A DNA stretch of 64,000 nt from Salisapilia sapeloensis CBS 127946 (lineage: Eukaryota; Protista; Oomycota), in contig JAADVB010000055.1 in the NCBI GenBank assembly GCA_023334545.1, positions 23,996 through 87,995 of the forward strand, read 5' to 3'. Below are positions 59,907-64,000 of the stretch, in pieces; position 1 is the first letter of the stretch, and the number at the start of each line of letters is the position of its first letter. Under the pieces are notes generated by a model, which made no database searches, was not told the origin of the DNA, and saw nothing but the letters and a program-made list of their open reading frames with translations. The position numbers were made by a program, and so were the translations under genes.

Positions 59907-60304
59907 GGTGATCAATTAGTTGTCAGTTCGGTCGGGCGATCTTCTGGATGAGCGTCGCGTCGGCTGATTTGATCCAGCGAGTGGAAATGGTTAAGTGCGT
60001 CATTAAATGCGCATCATAGTACTCCTTTTTATCTAATTTGCAGCTTTGACGCTATTTTCACTGAGTAGGCTTTGTTTTTATGTTTACCATCGCTACTAGG
60101 AAGTCGAAGTTTCCAAAGTGGTTGCTTGGATTGAGCTTCTGCTTATGGCTATTTCTAGGCACGGATTTTGCTTATGCTTAAAAAAATTGAAGGCCCCTCC
60201 GAAGGTGACTTTGAATTTTCAAGGCAAAAACGCAACTCTTTAAACGGCAACTTTCATTCTACTTCAACTTAACATACAAAATATGCAAATTTCTATCTCA
60301 CAGA

Positions 60305-60740
60305 CTGGTCGTCCGCCGAGGCGCACCAGGTCCTTATGCTCCTACCCTCCTCTTTGTTGATCGCCTAACAACCGGACCTACTGATGGTGCCCGAAGTGCC
60401 ATCTTAATGCACATTGGATCAACAGCAAGTGAGACCGTGATTCGCTAGGTAATACGCGAATGCGATTCAAGCAAACGCGTCCAACACAACAATACCATAT
60501 CCACAATGGCGTAACCCTGAGTCTCCAGGCTTGCCTAGACTATGCATGGGATCCTATCCATGTCATTCTCCTCTCGCAAAATGTCATCCGGCTATACCTC
60601 ACACGTACACCACCTCCGAAAACAAGATCAACGCATCATCTATTAAAAGGATCGTCGACTTGCCGACATGCTTGCCATCGCCTCATGGACCCCCGTGGCC
60701 CATAATCGCACCGCAGACCACATTGCTTCCACTGCAGTAT
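60305..60740 (+). mobile_element. Degenerate RNase H domain, probable retrotransposon relic
   Basis: Across frameshifts it reads TLLFVD...VIR*V...HNNT / GVTLSLQACLDYAWDPIHVILLSQNVI / WTPVAHNRTADHIASTA, the order of the RNase H motifs FDG..TNN.AEY..VxGDS..HN..AD.LA..A. No RT or integrase visible. Confidence 0.5.
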
Positions 60741-61652
60741 TAAGATGCAGCAACACTACCCACGATTCCCAAAACCTGACTAATAACGGGCACTGGACGC
60801 TACCTCCGGAATATGTCTCGCACGACATTGGACGGTGGCTTCCAGACACCGCCCACAACGAATCTACACAACAGGACATCAGCATAGTATAGGAATTAAG
60901 TGAACGGCGAGGCCGGATGTGCTGGCAATTGATAAGCGCGTGCTGGGACGGACTTTAGGTATTGGAAGTAACCCGACGTCAATGTACCTCTTTTTCAAAA
61001 CAAAAATATATGCAAATGGATCTGCTGGTGTGTCGCTTTTAACGGACCGACAGTTGATATCCAAACTTGCTTAGAGTTATAGAGATTGCCTGATTACTAT
61101 CAAATGCAAAACTCGTAACTTTGACTCCCAATATAAATTATAGCACACTATAATCTAGGTATTTACTGGAAAACTACTCTATAATGATCAGTGGTTTCCT
61201 TAGCTGCAAGTAGAAGATGTTGTGGTCGACTTGCTAGAGTATGTCCCAGAAGATGACGAACATGATTTGGTCGATAAGAACTAAGAGACAGAAGAAAAAT
61301 AAATTGTACAATTAAAGTCAGTGAACGCAAATGCAATTAGAGAACGCCACAGGTAAAGATATCCTGGCGGCATGCTAGTTTACCAAAACTTACCATTAAC
61401 GAATGCAATTTTTGTACGTGATAAAAACATGTATTAGGGATCCCGCTTCTCTTCTTTTTATCCTACAGTCGTTGGATCTTCTTGCCGAAGTCGCAATTCA
61501 GTCATTTTTAGCGATGCCAGCTGCCGAACAAGTTCTTGATCATTGAGAGAAAGCTCTGATATGCTACTCCTCCAGATTTTCTCAATCATCGCATCCTCTT
61601 TGACTCGATGACTTCAGTGTTATTATTGGAAAAGGTGAACTCAGCAAATGGA

Positions 61653-62948
61653 TTAAGTAAATTCCGTTGTAGGGCTACGTTGATCGCTGCCAAACTCGTA
61701 GATTTCACCAGCGCTTATTTCTTTCCCGGCTAGATCGCTAGATCCTTCGGTAAGTTGAGAAACCCTGGACGGTTCAACGATAGTAGATCCACTGCCTTCC
61801 TTCTCGTACCGCCCTGCTCAAAATTCTTGCTGGGCAACCTTGTGCGAGCTGACATGGCTAATTAATCGGTCGCAAGTGAGGCAGAGGCGAACCTTTTTGG
61901 TCACTGGCTTTAACTCGGGGAACACATCATATAGCTCCATGGGAAGAACGCATTTTCTGCAGATTGGGGAGTCACACAAAGTGCACGGACAAGGTTTCCG
62001 TAAGGGACCAAATCGCTTTTTGCAAGATCGACATTCGGACTTGCTCTGAACTTCGTTCATGCCAATCAAGCCCATTATATCATCATTGTTTACGCTCTTT
62101 CTTTGAAGAATCCACGAAACTTTTTTTGTTTCGCAGACTGAACATTTGTCCAAATGTCCATGAGCGCACTGGGCACGGCGATGACAGAGTTGGAGTCGAG
62201 AAGGTTGTTTCCAAATACTTCATAATATGCCTTTGATGAACACTTCAACTGATTTATCTGTAATGGGTTTGAAAAGAAGACAATACGACATACGACCGCG
62301 TATAAAGCCTCGTTCTTCAAGTGAAGGGGTAGTCGGTAGATCAACGGAATGCATGAGATAGTACCCGATGCGCTCATCTTTACTGACTTGGAAAATTCCG
62401 TCCGCTCGGATGTAGACGGAATTTCGGTCTTTGACTACCCCCCGGAGCGCTGGGCTTGGACAGCCTGAATGCCATTGGAGAGTAGTACAGCGATAAGAAT
62501 GATCCAGAGTTGGTTTTTCAATCGCAGCTAGAATCTGCGCGTTCTTCACTTGCGATCCGGCGTAGTTCGCACTTTACAAAAGTGCTGCCTTATCGCCATT
62601 CACGACACCGGATAATATGTCATTCATACTGCTTGAGATCGTCCTATTGCCGACGATGATTCGAGGCATTTGCCATCCTGCACTATCGGTGTACGAATAT
62701 TTTACCACGCGTCGAGATGGGTGTCGCTCGCAGTACATGGTCACATTATTGGATGTCTTGATAGGTTTCCAGCGCTTACTATCCATTTCCCGAGGTACCG
62801 AACGATCGAACTTTTGATAGTGCCTGAGTGCTTCATGGACGAGTATCATGGCGATATGCTTGCAATCAGCCTTCTTCGCATCCGAGAGGTCGAAGCCTTC
62901 ATATGCGTCTGCTTTCCACTGTGGCGCCTGATCTTGAAGTCGGTTCTA
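61653..62948 (-). pseudogene. START-like + FYVE-domain family pseudogene
   Basis: LVHEALRHYQ..RWKPIK, VKDRNSVYI, YYLMHSVDLP, IRGRMSYCLLF, then the FYVE-like CRSCKKRF..CTLCDSPICRKC..CLTC. In-frame stops at 62946-48 (TAG), 62574-76 (TAA) and 61818-20 (TGA), plus a +1/-1 frameshift pair around 62225 and 62120. Confidence 0.72.
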
Positions 62949-64000
62949 GCGTGCAAATTTGAGAATGTCACGAAGGCTTGCTATGAATCCCTTGATGGAG
63001 ACGATACGGCGGGAAGCATATCTGGCGTGCGCCGTACATTGTCGCTTCTGTAGGGTTGACTCTATGATGCGCGAGATGCGGTAACATAGCTCGGTGAGAA
63101 AATGATCAAGGTAGCTAAAATTCGCAGGATCGTAAAAGTTCCAAGTGCTATCTTAATCTTATTCAGTGCTTGCTCCCAACGTGCTTGAGAAACTACGCAC
63201 GTGTTCGTAAGGCAACGTTGTTGGTGTAGGTTATCCTACTAAAATATACCTCTAGGATCAAGCGGTAGTGAGTCCAACTGTTTAAAAGAAAATGCAAATG
63301 ACGTTGGCGAAATGTAGGAAGATTGGGATGTAGGGTATCGAAGATCATCGTCCCAGGTAACGAGCAAGTGACGTTCCACTCTGCCAATCACTTGATGCTC
63401 TCCCCTTCTACGACGGCGAGCGTCTATGTAAATTCCGAGGGAAATGAAATCAAACCTGAATGACAAAAAGAGTTAATAGTGGTATCTTCATTTAGGTTAC
63501 TGGTAATCTATTTCTTTCGGGCTCAGTGGCAACCTGAAGTCAGGGTAATTACGGCGCGCTGATCGCTATATTGAACATTTAAACACACAAGGACAAAATA
63601 TATGTAGAAAAAAGGATAATAAGTGGTTTACACTGCAATCAAAAGATATGTTCGTGTGGATCATGCTGCGCATAAGCTTCATTTGACGATAGGATAACTA
63701 ATTTCTGTTTGTTTGCTGAGGAACAGAGCCCGGCCGCCTCACAATCCTACATCAGCTCTCACTATGAATATCGCTCAGTATTTTCCGTTCTCCAATGCCA
63801 TGCCGTTCTCGGTTGTAGCACTATAAAAGCGGAAGGTACATTTAAACATTTTGAAGGCACTCCTACTGAGGTTAACAAGACCTCTAGGAGGATGGGAGTT
63901 GGTCCTATTCCCTCGCAAGCTACAAAGGCGTTTGCGATAGAAATATAGAAGAGGAGTGGCTACAAACTGTTTAAATTTACCTACCGCTTTTATAATGCTA

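Noticed and set aside
63100-64000. Short ORFs at the window end (63239-63466 -, 63709-63948 +)
   Set aside because: Possible exons of a gene extending beyond the window, but I found no motif or consistent splice model.

Overview
Eukaryotic, gene-dense window, almost certainly from an oomycete (stramenopile). The evidence is short GT-AG introns (most of those I mapped are about 54-67 nt), a START-like/FYVE family relic, and flagellar genes. About 30 protein-coding genes are packed with tiny, often head-to-head or tail-to-tail intergenic gaps. Housekeeping genes: CWC15, CWC22, peptidyl-tRNA hydrolase, probable mitochondrial ThrRS, PRMT3, Rab3GAP2, Rab8/Sec4, CFAP46-like and CCT3. The most notable items are: (1) an intronless single-ORF fusion of a TatD nuclease to an RtcA RNA 3'-phosphate cyclase, with both active-site motif sets present; (2) a 5-exon, 167-aa secreted protein with an animal-type LRRNT cap, not recovered by the ORF track; (3) an intron-containing Kdo8P synthase (kdsA) with a presequence-like N-terminus and a GC-AG intron; (4) three dispersed paralogous single-pass receptor-like proteins interleaved with three Nodulin-like MFS paralogues. 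The last ~4 kb holds a degenerate RNase H relic (probably retroelement-derived) and a START-like/FYVE pseudogene. I saw no rRNA, tRNA or CRISPR array. Exon boundaries and family names come from manual reading and motif recall, not database searches.
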